This document shows, one piece after another, positions 10,176-20,091 of a stretch of 64,000 nucleotides of DNA. Each line of letters starts with the position of its first letter. Positions within the stretch are counted from its first letter, which is position 1. The DNA is taken from IMG/VR virus record IMGVR_UViG_3300032893_000016, positions 1 through 64,000 of that record; one strand, given 5' to 3'. The position numbers and the translations under genes were made by a program. The notes under the pieces were generated by a model. That model was not told where the DNA came from. It did no database searches and saw nothing but the letters and a program-made list of their open reading frames with translations. This DNA comes from a virus.

Positions 10176-10886
10176 TTACGAGAAGGAAACGGTGAACGCA
10201 TAATCGACCAGACCGTTGGCAGCCGGGGCCGTGGTCGGGTTAACGGTGCGCGCCACAGTGTCGACGGTGGCGGTGGAGGCCACATCATCGGCGGACACGT
10301 TGCTGGTGCCGAGGACCTTGGTGGTCTTGGTCACCTTGAGCAACGCGAAGTCCACCACACCCTGCCGGGTCGGGATGCCGAAGTCATTCGACACGCCAAT
10401 ACCGAGGGTGGACGAACCACCGCCCGCAAGGCCAGCCACGGTGCCCGACGTCAGCGACGCAAAGGCATTTGCCGTAGTGACCGTACGGTCGGCCGTGCCG
10501 ATGAGGCTAATGACCTCGGTGATGGCATTGCCATCCTGGTCAAAGCCAACCAGCGTCAGCGTACCCGCGGTAATGTGCGTGCCGCCGTCGACCACACGCA
10601 CCTGCAACTTGCGCGCGTGCACAGGCTGAGCGGCAATGGTGATCGTACCATTCGCCGGCGTCGCCGCCGCCTTGATCGACACCAGGTCAGCGGGGAGCGG
10701 CGAACAGACGAACACCTGCCGCACGCTGGTACCGAAGAAGGTGAAGCCGATGTTCATCAGACCATCGACGTCACCGCTGGCGACGTTGGACACCGAACCG
10801 TCGGAGGCGACCTGATAAACGGTACCCGACTTTCCGGTGATCAACGTGACTTGATTGCCCGCAGGGGCAAGCATTTTGTAACCCAT
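10176..10886 (-). CDS. Putative capsid decoration protein
   Basis: Thr/Ala/Gly-rich beta protein shortly after the major capsid gene; AGGAG RBS. Confidence 0.55.
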   Translation of the reverse strand: MGYKMLAPAGNQVTLITGKSGTVYQVASDGSVSNVASGDVDGLMNIGFTFFGTSVRQVFVCSPLPADLVSIKAAATPANGTITIAAQPVHARKLQVRVVDGGTHITAGTLTLVGFDQDGNAITEVISLIGTADRTVTTANAFASLTSGTVAGLAGGGSSTLGIGVSNDFGIPTRQGVVDFALLKVTKTTKVLGTSNVSADDVASTATVDTVARTVNPTTAPAANGLVDYAFTVSFS

Positions 10887-10942
10887 GTTCTTTACTTTCT
10901 CCTAAAAAGCCGGAACCGTTCCGGGGTTGGTTGAACCAGACC

Positions 10943-11314
10943 TTACGAGGCGGTTTCCGCCGCCTTGATAATGTCCAGCGTGGATGTGGAATGCGCGAGC
11001 ACGATCTCCCGGAGTTTGGCGTCGGGCAGACGACCTTCCGGAAGCTGAATCTTGTTGTCCTCGCAGTAGCCCATCAGCTGACCGCGGCCCATCTTGGCGA
11101 TATTGTCGGCGGCCAATTTGTCAGCGGTCTTGCGGACGTCCTGCAACATGCCAGCCAAGGCTTCAGTTGAGGCTGCCTTGTCGCCATAGCCAAAACTTTC
11201 GGCCAAGGGTGCAAGGTGATCGGGGACGACCAAATGACCATCCTCGACTTTGTATTCAACATTTTCGTGATAGAAAGCGGTGCAGCCTTTCGGTGCACGG
11301 AGCTTCTTGGCCAT
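10943..11314 (-). CDS. Head-associated hypothetical protein
   Basis: Directly downstream of the major capsid gene; AAGGG RBS. Confidence 0.6.
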   Translation of the reverse strand: MAKKLRAPKGCTAFYHENVEYKVEDGHLVVPDHLAPLAESFGYGDKAASTEALAGMLQDVRKTADKLAADNIAKMGRGQLMGYCEDNKIQLPEGRLPDAKLREIVLAHSTSTLDIIKAAETAS

Positions 11315-11353
11315 TGTTTTTCCCTTCAGTGTTTGGAGCGGTGGATGGAAATA

Positions 11354-11385
11354 CAAAGGGGCTGAGAATTACCCCAGCCCCTTTG
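11354..11385 (-). terminator. Intrinsic terminator after the major capsid gene
   Basis: CAAAGGGGCTG-N10-CAGCCCCTTTG inverted repeat followed by a T-rich tract on the minus strand. Confidence 0.7.
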
Positions 11386-11421
11386 GTCTCTAATAGGCTA
11401 TGTCGATTACGCCGGCGTCAA

Positions 11422-12948
11422 TTAAGACGAGGGCGCAATGTTACTGATGACGCCGAAGGCCGGGGGGAAATAATTCTGCAACAGGCCATCGGCCCACACA
11501 GAATACTCATACGCCGGACGGGTCTGCGGCCACTCGATCTGGAAGTAGTCGCGACGCATCTTCATCTGCATCAGGTTGCGGACGTTGCTCATCGGGTAGG
11601 GCAGATCGTTCGACCAGAAGATGATCATGCCGGGCGGCACGTTGGGGTGCAGCAGCACCTGGACAAGCTGGCCACCGGACATGGTGTACTTGTTCAGGTA
11701 ATTGCCGACCACGGTGCCAGCGGTGAGGCTGATGCCAGCCGCGCTGTCCTTGCCCTGCATGTCACCATAGAAGCGGAACAACGGCGCACCGCCGCCCGCA
11801 ATGCTGATCTTGGTGATCGTGCGCAGCTCCTGGGAGTTGACCAGCATGACCTGGGGGCCAAGACGGTAATTATCCCAAAACTGCTTGAGCGCGGCGTCAA
11901 TCTCCACAATGCCGCCCGCACCATCGGTCGTGAGGGTCGTACCGGTGCCGGGGGTGCCGGTCGCCAGCGCATTGTAGTAGCTGTTGCTGCCGCTGGTGCA
12001 AATCTGCGTGATCACACCATCGAACTGCAACTGGTTGCGGCTGTTGTCCGCAGCCGGAAGCGACGCGGCCGTCTGCGTGCCGGTGGCATTGGCGGTAATG
12101 TTGACGCTGTTGATCGAAGTGATCGCACCCAGCGTCTCGGCACCTGCCAAGCCCCAAAACCACGCATAACCCGAGGCGCCCTTGACTGCCGTGGTCGACG
12201 CCTGACACGAGCCATTCGGGCCGGTGATCGAAGCGGTGGCCGCAGCGGACTTCTGACCGGAGCCGCCGCCATACTGAGCGACGGAACCATCGGTGTTCGT
12301 GCGGGTCACCAGACCGCGGATGATATTCGCAGCGGTCGGAGCCGGCGTCACGCCGCCAGCGTAATTGAAGCCGTCGAAGGACAGCGCAACCACGATGACA
12401 GAAAGCGTGATGGAACCCAGCGTGCCACCGGAGCTCGACGCATTGAGGGTCGGGGTCGCGGCCGTGCCCAGCGCAAGGCTGGAGTTGGAGCCGACGATCA
12501 TCTTCTCCTCGCCGATCATCGTCGCCTTCAGCAGGTTGTCCACCGCAAGCGCCTTGGCATCGTCAAGGTTCTTGGCAGCGAGGTCAGCCTGGAAGGTGAC
12601 GCTGTCATCCAGACCGAACGACGCATAGGTCGCGACGTTGTTCTGGACCTGCGTCGTCACCGTGCCGCCGCGCTGACCCTCACCGAGGCCCAGGTCGACG
12701 TTGGTGATGTTGACGCCGGTGATCGAAATCCAATGCGTGGCCGTGCCACCATCGGCAGGCACGCGCGGGATGCGATTGCGGAGCGGCGTCAGAACCGGGA
12801 ACAGGAGCTTCGCATAGGGCTCCAGGTCATACCACACAAGGCCGGTGGCCTGCGTGATCGCCTTCTGGAGCTCCGGGGGAAGCCCGTTGCCGGGGGACTT
12901 ACGGACCTGTTCCCAAATTTGGGCAAAGGTCTCTTTGGTGGGATTCAT
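11422..12948 (-). CDS. Major capsid protein with a large central insertion
   Basis: YDLEPYAKLLFPVLTPLRNRIPRV N-terminus; C-terminal YFPPAFGVISNI; follows the protease/scaffold gene; followed by a terminator. Confidence 0.85.
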   Translation of the reverse strand: MNPTKETFAQIWEQVRKSPGNGLPPELQKAITQATGLVWYDLEPYAKLLFPVLTPLRNRIPRVPADGGTATHWISITGVNITNVDLGLGEGQRGGTVTTQVQNNVATYASFGLDDSVTFQADLAAKNLDDAKALAVDNLLKATMIGEEKMIVGSNSSLALGTAATPTLNASSSGGTLGSITLSVIVVALSFDGFNYAGGVTPAPTAANIIRGLVTRTNTDGSVAQYGGGSGQKSAAATASITGPNGSCQASTTAVKGASGYAWFWGLAGAETLGAITSINSVNITANATGTQTAASLPAADNSRNQLQFDGVITQICTSGSNSYYNALATGTPGTGTTLTTDGAGGIVEIDAALKQFWDNYRLGPQVMLVNSQELRTITKISIAGGGAPLFRFYGDMQGKDSAAGISLTAGTVVGNYLNKYTMSGGQLVQVLLHPNVPPGMIIFWSNDLPYPMSNVRNLMQMKMRRDYFQIEWPQTRPAYEYSVWADGLLQNYFPPAFGVISNIAPSS

Positions 12949-13059
12949 GGCTATTCATTCCTCATGAGTTGTGGCCGACGCGTCGGCCGTTCTTGTTGAA
13001 CACAGGTTGGAGGTTGATGGAAATTCCGCGACGCCCGCCGCGGAGGTTAGAGGTTGAAA

Positions 13060-15417
13060 TTATTCTCCCGGATGCGCCGCGTTGAAGTAGGTCGGACGAG
13101 ACCGGACCATCTTCAGCACGTCAGCGGGATTCTTGGGATCGAGAGCAGGCTGATCGTTGCCCTCGACATTATCGAGGCCGGTGCCTTTGGCAACGACCTT
13201 ACCGCCGCCCGGAGGGGCCGGGTTGCGACGGGACTTGGACAGATCGTCCACCGTCGCGACGACGGTCTCGACCTTTTCGCTGATGGGCTTGAGCAAGCCC
13301 TTCAGAACCGTTTCGATGTCAGCGACACTGACACCCTTGGTCACGACGTCAACCGTACCAGCGGCGGGCGCAGCATCCGCGGCAGGAGCAGCCGCAGCGG
13401 CAGCGGCAGCCGGGGCGGCGTCAGCGGGCGCAGCACCAGCAACCTTGTTGACGTCACCGGCAGGAGCCGCATCTTCCTTGGGGTCGGGCTTCGGCGGATC
13501 CTTCTTGTCGCCCGGCTTGTCGGCCTCACCATCCTTCTTGGCCTTGTTGGTATCACCAGCCGCCGCAGCGGTGTGATCACACTTCGCGCCCAACTGGATG
13601 GACAGATCGTGCATCGACTGCGCCTTGGCGATGACATTGCCATTCCAGTCGTCATTGGCACCCGACGTGTCGGGCAAGCCACCCGGCCATTCTTGGGTCT
13701 GCGGCGTGCTGGTCTTCTCGATCTGCTCCGCCAACGCCATCAAGGAGCCGTAGCCCTTGTCGCCGGTGCGGTCGCCGATGGCCTTGGTCAGGATATCGCC
13801 GGCACCCTTGGTGAAGCCAATGCGCTTGATGATATCGCCCGTGCGCTGCGCATAGGCAATGAAGTCGACATCTTCATTGTTGAGCATTTCGTCGACTTCT
13901 TCCGCCAGCAAATCCTTGACGGCGCTGGACATCTGAACCAGCAAAGCCTCGAAGCGACCCGGCATCGAAGAGCCATCGCCCTCCACAGCCGCTTCCGCTT
14001 CCAGCGAAGAGTGCAGGTAATCGAGGTTGCACAGAAGATTGATGGCGCTGCACGCAGCCATCAGGCCCTTGCGAAGATTGTCCTTCGCATCGGGCCCCAT
14101 TTCAGCAATCGTTTTCGTCACGGGAACTTCCTTTTCCGTTGGAGTGTCTTTTTCGATCTCCACCGCCCACGCCTTATTGATCGCATCAAGGACCTTGGCA
14201 GCATCAGCAGGGGAGTACAGATTTGCATTCTTGATGAGGTACCCTTTCGCGGCGCGAATGCGAGCCGCACAGTACTTGCCATCCTCCATCAAGGGGAGGC
14301 GAGGCTTGGCATCTTTCTGGAGGCCGGGGTCAGCGTACCCAGCTTGCTCCTGCGTACCATAGTCGCCTTTCGGCGCATTGGCCGGAGCAGCTTTGGTAAC
14401 CACCCCCGTCGCATCGGCCGCAGCCGGGTCGACGATCGTAGCCGCAGTCTTGGCCATCGCCGCGCCAGCCTGACCGGGGTCGGGCTTGGCCAGCACCTCG
14501 GCAATAGTACTGGCGCGCGTGAAGGTCTTCTCCAGAAGCGGGGTGACCTTTTCCAGAAACTGGGGGTTGTTAGCGAAGTACCGATTGAGGGCATTCTTGC
14601 CCATCTTGGTCAGGCCCTCGACCTGCGCGTCGGTCATTTCCAGCGCCGCGCCCACGGCCTTGCCAAAGCCAACCTTGTCATCCGCCAAGAGGAGGCGCTC
14701 CGCCACCTTCTCGCTATCGGGCTGCGGCGGCACGGCAGGGGCAGCCGGTGCCGGCGTGGGCTCCGCAGCCTTGGCCACCGGCTCCGGGGCTGGCGTGGGC
14801 GGATTTTGGCTGTCAGGAGGGGTTTCGACCTGGAGGTCGGCGGCCACGAAGGCTTTGCGCACCTCATCCTCCGGGAGGGCCTCAACCGTCTTGGCCAGCG
14901 CCGCGCGCATCTGCTCCACCGTGGGCTCCGGCGCGGGGGTGGAGGCAGGCTCATCCTCCACCGGCTTGACCGCCTTGAAGAAGTCGAAGTCGCACTCGGG
15001 GTTGGCCGGGCGGTCGACCAAGCTGATCTCCACCAGCTCCAACTCCGTGATGACATGGCGGTCGCGCGGGTCCCGGCTCTTGGCGTTACCGCCAATGCTG
15101 AACCCCTTGTACACTTCCTCGACCACCTTCTTCCACGCATCGTCATCGACGACCTTGGCGCAAAGGTACAAGCCCTTTTCATCCACGTCGGCCGACTTGG
15201 CAACGCCCACCGCGGACGTGGTGTGCATCTCGCGGATGTTGCCATATTTCATGTACCCGGGCACCGCTCCCTTGATGGCATCCAAGGTAATGGTGTCCCC
15301 GTCATAATCCTTGGCCGGGGTACTGGCATAGCCGTAGACCAGCCGCTTTTCCTTATCGACCTTGGTGATGGGCATGAAGGCCCGGCCACCGGGCATGGCC
15401 AGCATTTGAAGGGACAT
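13060..15417 (-). CDS. Prohead protease-scaffold fusion
   Basis: VYGYAS..D.DGD, IREMH, YKGFSIGG, EISLVDRPANP protease motifs; internal YADPG..RAA module; Ala/Pro-rich scaffold region. Confidence 0.88.
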   Translation of the reverse strand: MSLQMLAMPGGRAFMPITKVDKEKRLVYGYASTPAKDYDGDTITLDAIKGAVPGYMKYGNIREMHTTSAVGVAKSADVDEKGLYLCAKVVDDDAWKKVVEEVYKGFSIGGNAKSRDPRDRHVITELELVEISLVDRPANPECDFDFFKAVKPVEDEPASTPAPEPTVEQMRAALAKTVEALPEDEVRKAFVAADLQVETPPDSQNPPTPAPEPVAKAAEPTPAPAAPAVPPQPDSEKVAERLLLADDKVGFGKAVGAALEMTDAQVEGLTKMGKNALNRYFANNPQFLEKVTPLLEKTFTRASTIAEVLAKPDPGQAGAAMAKTAATIVDPAAADATGVVTKAAPANAPKGDYGTQEQAGYADPGLQKDAKPRLPLMEDGKYCAARIRAAKGYLIKNANLYSPADAAKVLDAINKAWAVEIEKDTPTEKEVPVTKTIAEMGPDAKDNLRKGLMAACSAINLLCNLDYLHSSLEAEAAVEGDGSSMPGRFEALLVQMSSAVKDLLAEEVDEMLNNEDVDFIAYAQRTGDIIKRIGFTKGAGDILTKAIGDRTGDKGYGSLMALAEQIEKTSTPQTQEWPGGLPDTSGANDDWNGNVIAKAQSMHDLSIQLGAKCDHTAAAAGDTNKAKKDGEADKPGDKKDPPKPDPKEDAAPAGDVNKVAGAAPADAAPAAAAAAAAPAADAAPAAGTVDVVTKGVSVADIETVLKGLLKPISEKVETVVATVDDLSKSRRNPAPPGGGKVVAKGTGLDNVEGNDQPALDPKNPADVLKMVRSRPTYFNAAHPGE

Positions 15418-15523
15418 TGGGTACCTCTGTTCGGGGTTGATGGGGGATTAGGGTACAAACCCTAGGTTTTTACCAAGTACTGAAAATAGCAATAAAATTG
15501 CTCAATTTTAGTACTTCTTTTTC

Positions 15524-15584
15524 TTGCATTGTGTACTTAATGGCCTTTTAATGGCGGTGTTGAAAAAAGCTGCCTCAGGAGGGC
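15524..15584 (+). promoter_or_regulatory. Sigma70-like promoter plus conserved leader/RBS
   Basis: TTGCAT-N17-TTTAAT, then GCCTCAGGAGGGC. Confidence 0.7.
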
Positions 15585-15587
15585 ACA

Positions 15588-15818
15588 ATGCGCAAAGTGG
15601 TTCATATTTTCACAGCAGCATTTGTCAAGCTTTTCACCGAAGTCCATAACGTGCTCTTGGGAACGGCCCCCTTCGTGGTCGATCATCATTATGTCTTTGC
15701 CGGGGTCGCCGTCGTTCTGGTGATCCTGATCTTCATTGCACAAATTAGTGTCAGAAAGGGGGCCGTCGATGAGACGGCCTTCACCCCTACCCCTCGCCGC
15801 CTGCGCAGGAGGGCCTAA
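15588..15818 (+). CDS. Small membrane protein
   Basis: Strong RBS; hydrophobic segment YVFAGVAVVLVILIFIA. Confidence 0.65.
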   Translation: MRKVVHIFTAAFVKLFTEVHNVLLGTAPFVVDHHYVFAGVAVVLVILIFIAQISVRKGAVDETAFTPTPRRLRRRA

Positions 15819-15820
15819 CG

Positions 15821-16207
15821 ATGCGCACAGAAATTTTCCGCGTTGAAGATGCCGATCACGTAGGCCCCTATCAGCCCCTTCACAATGATGGGGACGATTA
15901 TTACAGCAAGAAGTTCTACTGGAACAATTTCAACGACAACGACATGCGGCATCCGGCCCCGGCGATGGACCTGCCCATCAAGGAAGGCACGAAGCATCGG
16001 CCGCTGGAATACAAGTACGGCTTTTCCAGCATGGCGCAGCTCAAGGCTTGGTTCAACAAGCCGCGCCGCGCATGGCTGCGCAAGCATGGCTACAAAATCG
16101 TCCGCTATTGCGCCGACGCCGCCGACCTGCTCATTGGCAAGAAGCAGACGGCCTTTTATTCCGAGACGGCCAAGCGGCTTCCGGGCGAACAGGAGCTGCC
16201 CGCTTAA
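15821..16207 (+). CDS. Phage hypothetical protein
   Basis: AGGAGG RBS; FRVE..GPY, HPAP and YGFSS..QLKAWF motifs. Confidence 0.75.
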   Translation: MRTEIFRVEDADHVGPYQPLHNDGDDYYSKKFYWNNFNDNDMRHPAPAMDLPIKEGTKHRPLEYKYGFSSMAQLKAWFNKPRRAWLRKHGYKIVRYCADAADLLIGKKQTAFYSETAKRLPGEQELPA

Positions 16208-16226
16208 AATTAAGTACGCAGGGGGC

Positions 16227-16286
16227 TTGCGCTTTGCAGGCCCCTTGCCATATTAAGCAAGTACGAAGCAACAGCCTCAGGAGGGC
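16227..16286 (+). promoter_or_regulatory. Promoter plus conserved leader, overlapping a hairpin
   Basis: TTGCGC-N16-CATATT; GCCTCAGGAGGGC at 16274-16286; inverted repeat at about 16218-16248. Confidence 0.55.
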
Positions 16287-16288
16287 TT

Positions 16289-16609
16289 ATGACTACCAAA
16301 CGACAAGCAATACTCGTGGACCGCTTTGGGGCTTTAAAAGCCCGCGCGGACATAGCATACGAGAAGGCGGAAAAGGTCCGCAAGCGCATCGCCCACTGGG
16401 GCGACGGCGCGTATGATGGCAGCCGCTATCGTTCCACCGTTTCCACCTTTGACGTCGACCGGGTCAACAGCGACCTGCTCGCCGCTCGGCTGCGCAAGCT
16501 GCTTTCCCATCGCGCCTACACCAAGCTGATGAAGGCCGCGACCAAGACGACTCCCTGCACCAAGGTGCTGTGCACCTCGCGGCGCAAACCGAAACGGGGG
16601 CGCGCATGA
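16289..16609 (+). CDS. Basic hypothetical protein
   Basis: Directly follows the conserved leader. Confidence 0.75.
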   Translation: MTTKRQAILVDRFGALKARADIAYEKAEKVRKRIAHWGDGAYDGSRYRSTVSTFDVDRVNSDLLAARLRKLLSHRAYTKLMKAATKTTPCTKVLCTSRRKPKRGRA

Positions 16610-16926
16610 GCTATACCCCAAATCGAACACCGCTTCAGTGTGCCCACCCCGGCTGTAAGGAGCTCGGCACCATTGCGGTCGGAGGCCTTCGGTTCTGCGA
16701 CGAGCACGCCGAAGAGCGGCAGGAAGAACTCGCCGCGGAGGAACCCGACTTTGACGAATAAGCGGCCCACCGACGAGGAGATCAGAACGGCCCTCACCCT
16801 TGGGCTGAAGTGCATCAACGATATGATGCCCGGCGTGCGCCATATCGCATTACAGGATTACGCCATCATCAATGACGCACCACTTGCAATGACGAAAATT
16901 TTGAACGGCCTAGGAGGGCCAACAAC

Positions 16927-17325
16927 ATGTCCGCAAAACGCGACACCAAAATCGAACTGACACCTGAACAAAAAGAACTTCGTGATAAGGCCCTGTTGCG
17001 GCCTTGGGATTTGACCGACGATGACTTCGCCAAGCTGACGCCGGGGCAGATCACCCTCGCCATCGAAGCGCAGCTCCTGCGCATGTTCGGCGGGCTGCCC
17101 GACGTCCATAAGCACATTTGCTCCAACCGGCACTGTAATTACATTTGGGAGCATGATGGCTCGAAGATCGGCCCGAAGAACAACAGGGCTGCCCATACCT
17201 GCGCGCGTTGCGGCTGCGAAGCCTACGATCGTACGGGGCATGGCGAAGGCTGGAGTAAGTACGGCAGCGTCGAGGCCGCTTGCAAGGCCGTGGGTATAAC
17301 AATAGAGCAGGCGGTTACCGCCTAA
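16927..17325 (+). CDS. Zn-ribbon hypothetical protein
   Basis: AGGAGG RBS; CSNRHC..CARC. Confidence 0.7.
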   Translation: MSAKRDTKIELTPEQKELRDKALLRPWDLTDDDFAKLTPGQITLAIEAQLLRMFGGLPDVHKHICSNRHCNYIWEHDGSKIGPKNNRAAHTCARCGCEAYDRTGHGEGWSKYGSVEAACKAVGITIEQAVTA

Positions 17326-17339
17326 CCAGGAAGGGAAAC

Positions 17340-18329
17340 ATGGGCCACCAACAGCAGAAAATCGAGCAGGAAATTGCCTCTGCCGGTTTCGTCAAAACCA
17401 AAGACCCAAATTATCAGTACGGCACCCGCACACTATACATCCTAAAGTGTTCGGTTGAGGGCTGCCAAGAAGAACAGCGAAGACATTGGGATGCCGGACG
17501 GCCGCCCGATCCTTTGATAAAGCAGGTCAAGAACAGCGGCTGGTTCTGTGACAAAGGCAAGAAGCCAAGATGCCCCACACATTATCGTCAGCGCACAGCC
17601 GAACTCTTAGCCAAGCACACGGGCCTCAGCCATGAAAGCATCGACGCCGGCGAGGCACAGCAGAAAAGCATTTTAATCGTACCGCCCGCAAAGCCCCGCA
17701 CACGAATGGGCGAGCAGCTTGCGGCGCAACTCAAAGCCGGATCAGCAACCGATGCCGTCGCGGCTGGTGCATTGGATCAGGCCGCTACCAATTACGTCGA
17801 AACGGTATCGCATGACCTTAAAGTCATCGCGCATGCGCTCGTTACGGCTCCCATATCACCGCCAGCGCCTACCATTGCTTTAGTCGATCCCCCAATCTCA
17901 AAGGAAACCAATATGTCAAACAAAGAAGACGCACGCTTCCGCCAGTTCACAAAAGACATTCGCGACCTGCAGGAGCTCATCGAGCTCTTCGGCGGCAACC
18001 AGACCGAAGCGGCCAAGGCCATCGGGCTCTCGCCCACGGCCGTCAGCAACTATTTGCGGGAAAGGGAAATCCCAGTCACCAGCAACCTTGCGGTGAAGTG
18101 GGCACTATCCCAGCGCAAGAAGGCCAAGGCCGCCGAGGTCACTACTATTTTCCGCGTGCCTGACGAAATGCAGGCCGCGGTCAAAGGCATTGCCGAAGGC
18201 CACAAAGGCTGCGTTGTCAGTACTAATGGGCTGTACGTCTTTTGCCTCTTGCCGGGCGATAAAGTACAAAGCGTCTTGAACGTGGTCAAGATGCTGCCCA
18301 ATTGCGAAATAGTGGGCACAGTACCTTGA
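17340..18329 (+). CDS. Zn-finger plus XRE-type HTH protein
   Basis: CSVEGC..CPTH; NQTEAAKAIGLSPTAVSNYL helix-turn-helix. Confidence 0.7.
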   Translation: MGHQQQKIEQEIASAGFVKTKDPNYQYGTRTLYILKCSVEGCQEEQRRHWDAGRPPDPLIKQVKNSGWFCDKGKKPRCPTHYRQRTAELLAKHTGLSHESIDAGEAQQKSILIVPPAKPRTRMGEQLAAQLKAGSATDAVAAGALDQAATNYVETVSHDLKVIAHALVTAPISPPAPTIALVDPPISKETNMSNKEDARFRQFTKDIRDLQELIELFGGNQTEAAKAIGLSPTAVSNYLREREIPVTSNLAVKWALSQRKKAKAAEVTTIFRVPDEMQAAVKGIAEGHKGCVVSTNGLYVFCLLPGDKVQSVLNVVKMLPNCEIVGTVP

Positions 18330-18569
18330 AGCCCACGGAACAATTTCGAGCCGGCGTTCGTGGCTCGATAATGGGTCAGCTCCCGACGCACCCTTTGACA
18401 GGATGCGTCCGCAGTACCGCCCTCCTAGAGTATGCGAGGCGCATGCGTCGGGGGCTGAACCCAGCTTTGCCATTGGACAGGCAGCTGATGGGCGCGGCTG
18501 CCACATACGTCAGACTTGCCACAAAGCTGCGGGAGCAGGAACAGTTGGCCGCCAGAAAGGAACGCATCC

Positions 18570-18815
18570 GTGAGCACTATTGAGCATCGGCCCAAGAAGG
18601 CACCCAGCAAGGCCATCCTCGTGCTGGCCATCAGAGCCATCCGCAAAGATGTCAACGAAATCATCAACGACACCGTCAAGCAGGACGATGTCGGCCAAGG
18701 CTGGTTTGAAGATCACCAACGAATTGCGAGCAACGCCCTCGATCAGCTGTGCACGGCGTTATCAGAGATGCACGGCATCGAACCGGAAGTGAAGAAGAGA
18801 GTGAGGCTGGGTTGA
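18570..18815 (+). CDS. Hypothetical protein
   Basis: ORF within the plus-strand operon; start uncertain. Confidence 0.45.
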   Translation: MSTIEHRPKKAPSKAILVLAIRAIRKDVNEIINDTVKQDDVGQGWFEDHQRIASNALDQLCTALSEMHGIEPEVKKRVRLG

Positions 18816-18817
18816 AA

Positions 18818-19291
18818 ATGGAAGTCATCGAAGGCGGTGGGCAGGAGCCTGAGGAGCTGCTCACGATAACAGAAGCCGCAGCACGAGCGGCTGAAGCACT
18901 TGGGATCTCACCTGAAGAAGCTCTCAAGATGATGATGGAAGATTTGGGCACTGAAAGGCTGCCCGCTTCCTATCACGACTACAAGACCGGTAAGATAAGC
19001 AACGACCCCGGACAAGAACCCCTTCCTTGGTCGAAGTGGCTGCCCGAGCGCTTCCGCTACTGGTTTTGCCTCAAGCTGCTCCGCTTCGCACTGGACTTCA
19101 TGCCCGACGGCACCGCGCGCCTGATGCTCATTGATTACTACATGGAATGGTGGGACATGATGAATGAGGTTGCGGAAGGCGCTGGCAACAAGCTGGCCAA
19201 GGAAGCCAACCCCGACCTGCCACGTATTCCTGCCGAAAGAAAGTATGGCAACTACAACCTTGACCGCATCCCGGACATATTACGCCAGTAG
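18818..19291 (+). CDS. Hypothetical protein
   Basis: Tightly packed ORF in the operon. Confidence 0.6.
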   Translation: MEVIEGGGQEPEELLTITEAAARAAEALGISPEEALKMMMEDLGTERLPASYHDYKTGKISNDPGQEPLPWSKWLPERFRYWFCLKLLRFALDFMPDGTARLMLIDYYMEWWDMMNEVAEGAGNKLAKEANPDLPRIPAERKYGNYNLDRIPDILRQ

Positions 19292-19302
19292 GAGGAACGC
19301 AT

Positions 19303-20091
19303 ATGAAGATCAATACAATAGCCCTGAACAGGATACTAGCGAACGCGACCATCCTGAAAGAAAACGACCAGCTTCACGACGATGTTCAGCGAGCCATAAT
19401 CTCGAACATCAGGCATGAAGCCGGAGCCCTCGTAAACGATGCGCGGGCAGCGGAGCCCGTTGTCTCGGTGACGCCGGCGTCAGAACTCAGGCGGCCCGCC
19501 AGCCAGAAGCGTGAAACGGTCCCGCTCAAGAAGTGGCCTTCCGTGAAGGGCGTGCTGCTTGTTGACCGCGCCCATATTGCGCTGGCAGCCCGCAACTTTA
19601 TCGAGAAGATCACGAACAAGGACTGCAAGTTCATCCACATTGCGGAGCACATCGAAAAGCACTACCCGCATTTTTTCCAGAAGGGCGCTACCGCTCAGCA
19701 GATCCGCAAGGTGATCAACAATGGTGTCACCGCCAGCCGCATGCGCAAGCTTGCCCGGCTGAAGATTGACTGGCAGCACTTCTACAGTGTGACAGGCCCG
19801 CTCGGGGTAAAGGGCCTTGCCGCTGCGAAGACCTTCGTTCCGTACACGCCGACCAACATCCTGGACAGGCCCTTCGATGATCTTGGTCTTCCGACCCGCG
19901 CCTACAACGCAATCTTTCAGGAGCTCGGCAGGGAAGGCACCGTCCGCCAGCTCACGACACTGACCGAAGCACAGCTTCTGCGGCTCAACAACTTTGGGCG
20001 CAAGTCACTGACTGATGTGAAAATGATCCTGATGGAGCATGGCCTCCACCTTGGCATGGGGCGCGGGGAAGCCCGGCCCGTCGAGCGCTAA
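19303..20091 (+). CDS. Protein with a C-terminal RNA polymerase alpha-CTD-like domain
   Basis: ILDRPFDDLGLPTRAYNAI..LTEAQLLRLNNFGRKSLTDVKMILMEHGLHLGM; AGGAGG RBS. Confidence 0.85.
   Translation: MKINTIALNRILANATILKENDQLHDDVQRAIISNIRHEAGALVNDARAAEPVVSVTPASELRRPASQKRETVPLKKWPSVKGVLLVDRAHIALAARNFIEKITNKDCKFIHIAEHIEKHYPHFFQKGATAQQIRKVINNGVTASRMRKLARLKIDWQHFYSVTGPLGVKGLAAAKTFVPYTPTNILDRPFDDLGLPTRAYNAIFQELGREGTVRQLTTLTEAQLLRLNNFGRKSLTDVKMILMEHGLHLGMGRGEARPVER

Noticed and set aside
10984-15465. Very long plus-strand ORFs (671 and 803 aa)
   Set aside because: Antisense shadows of the capsid and protease genes, caused by high-GC codon bias; no RBS or motifs
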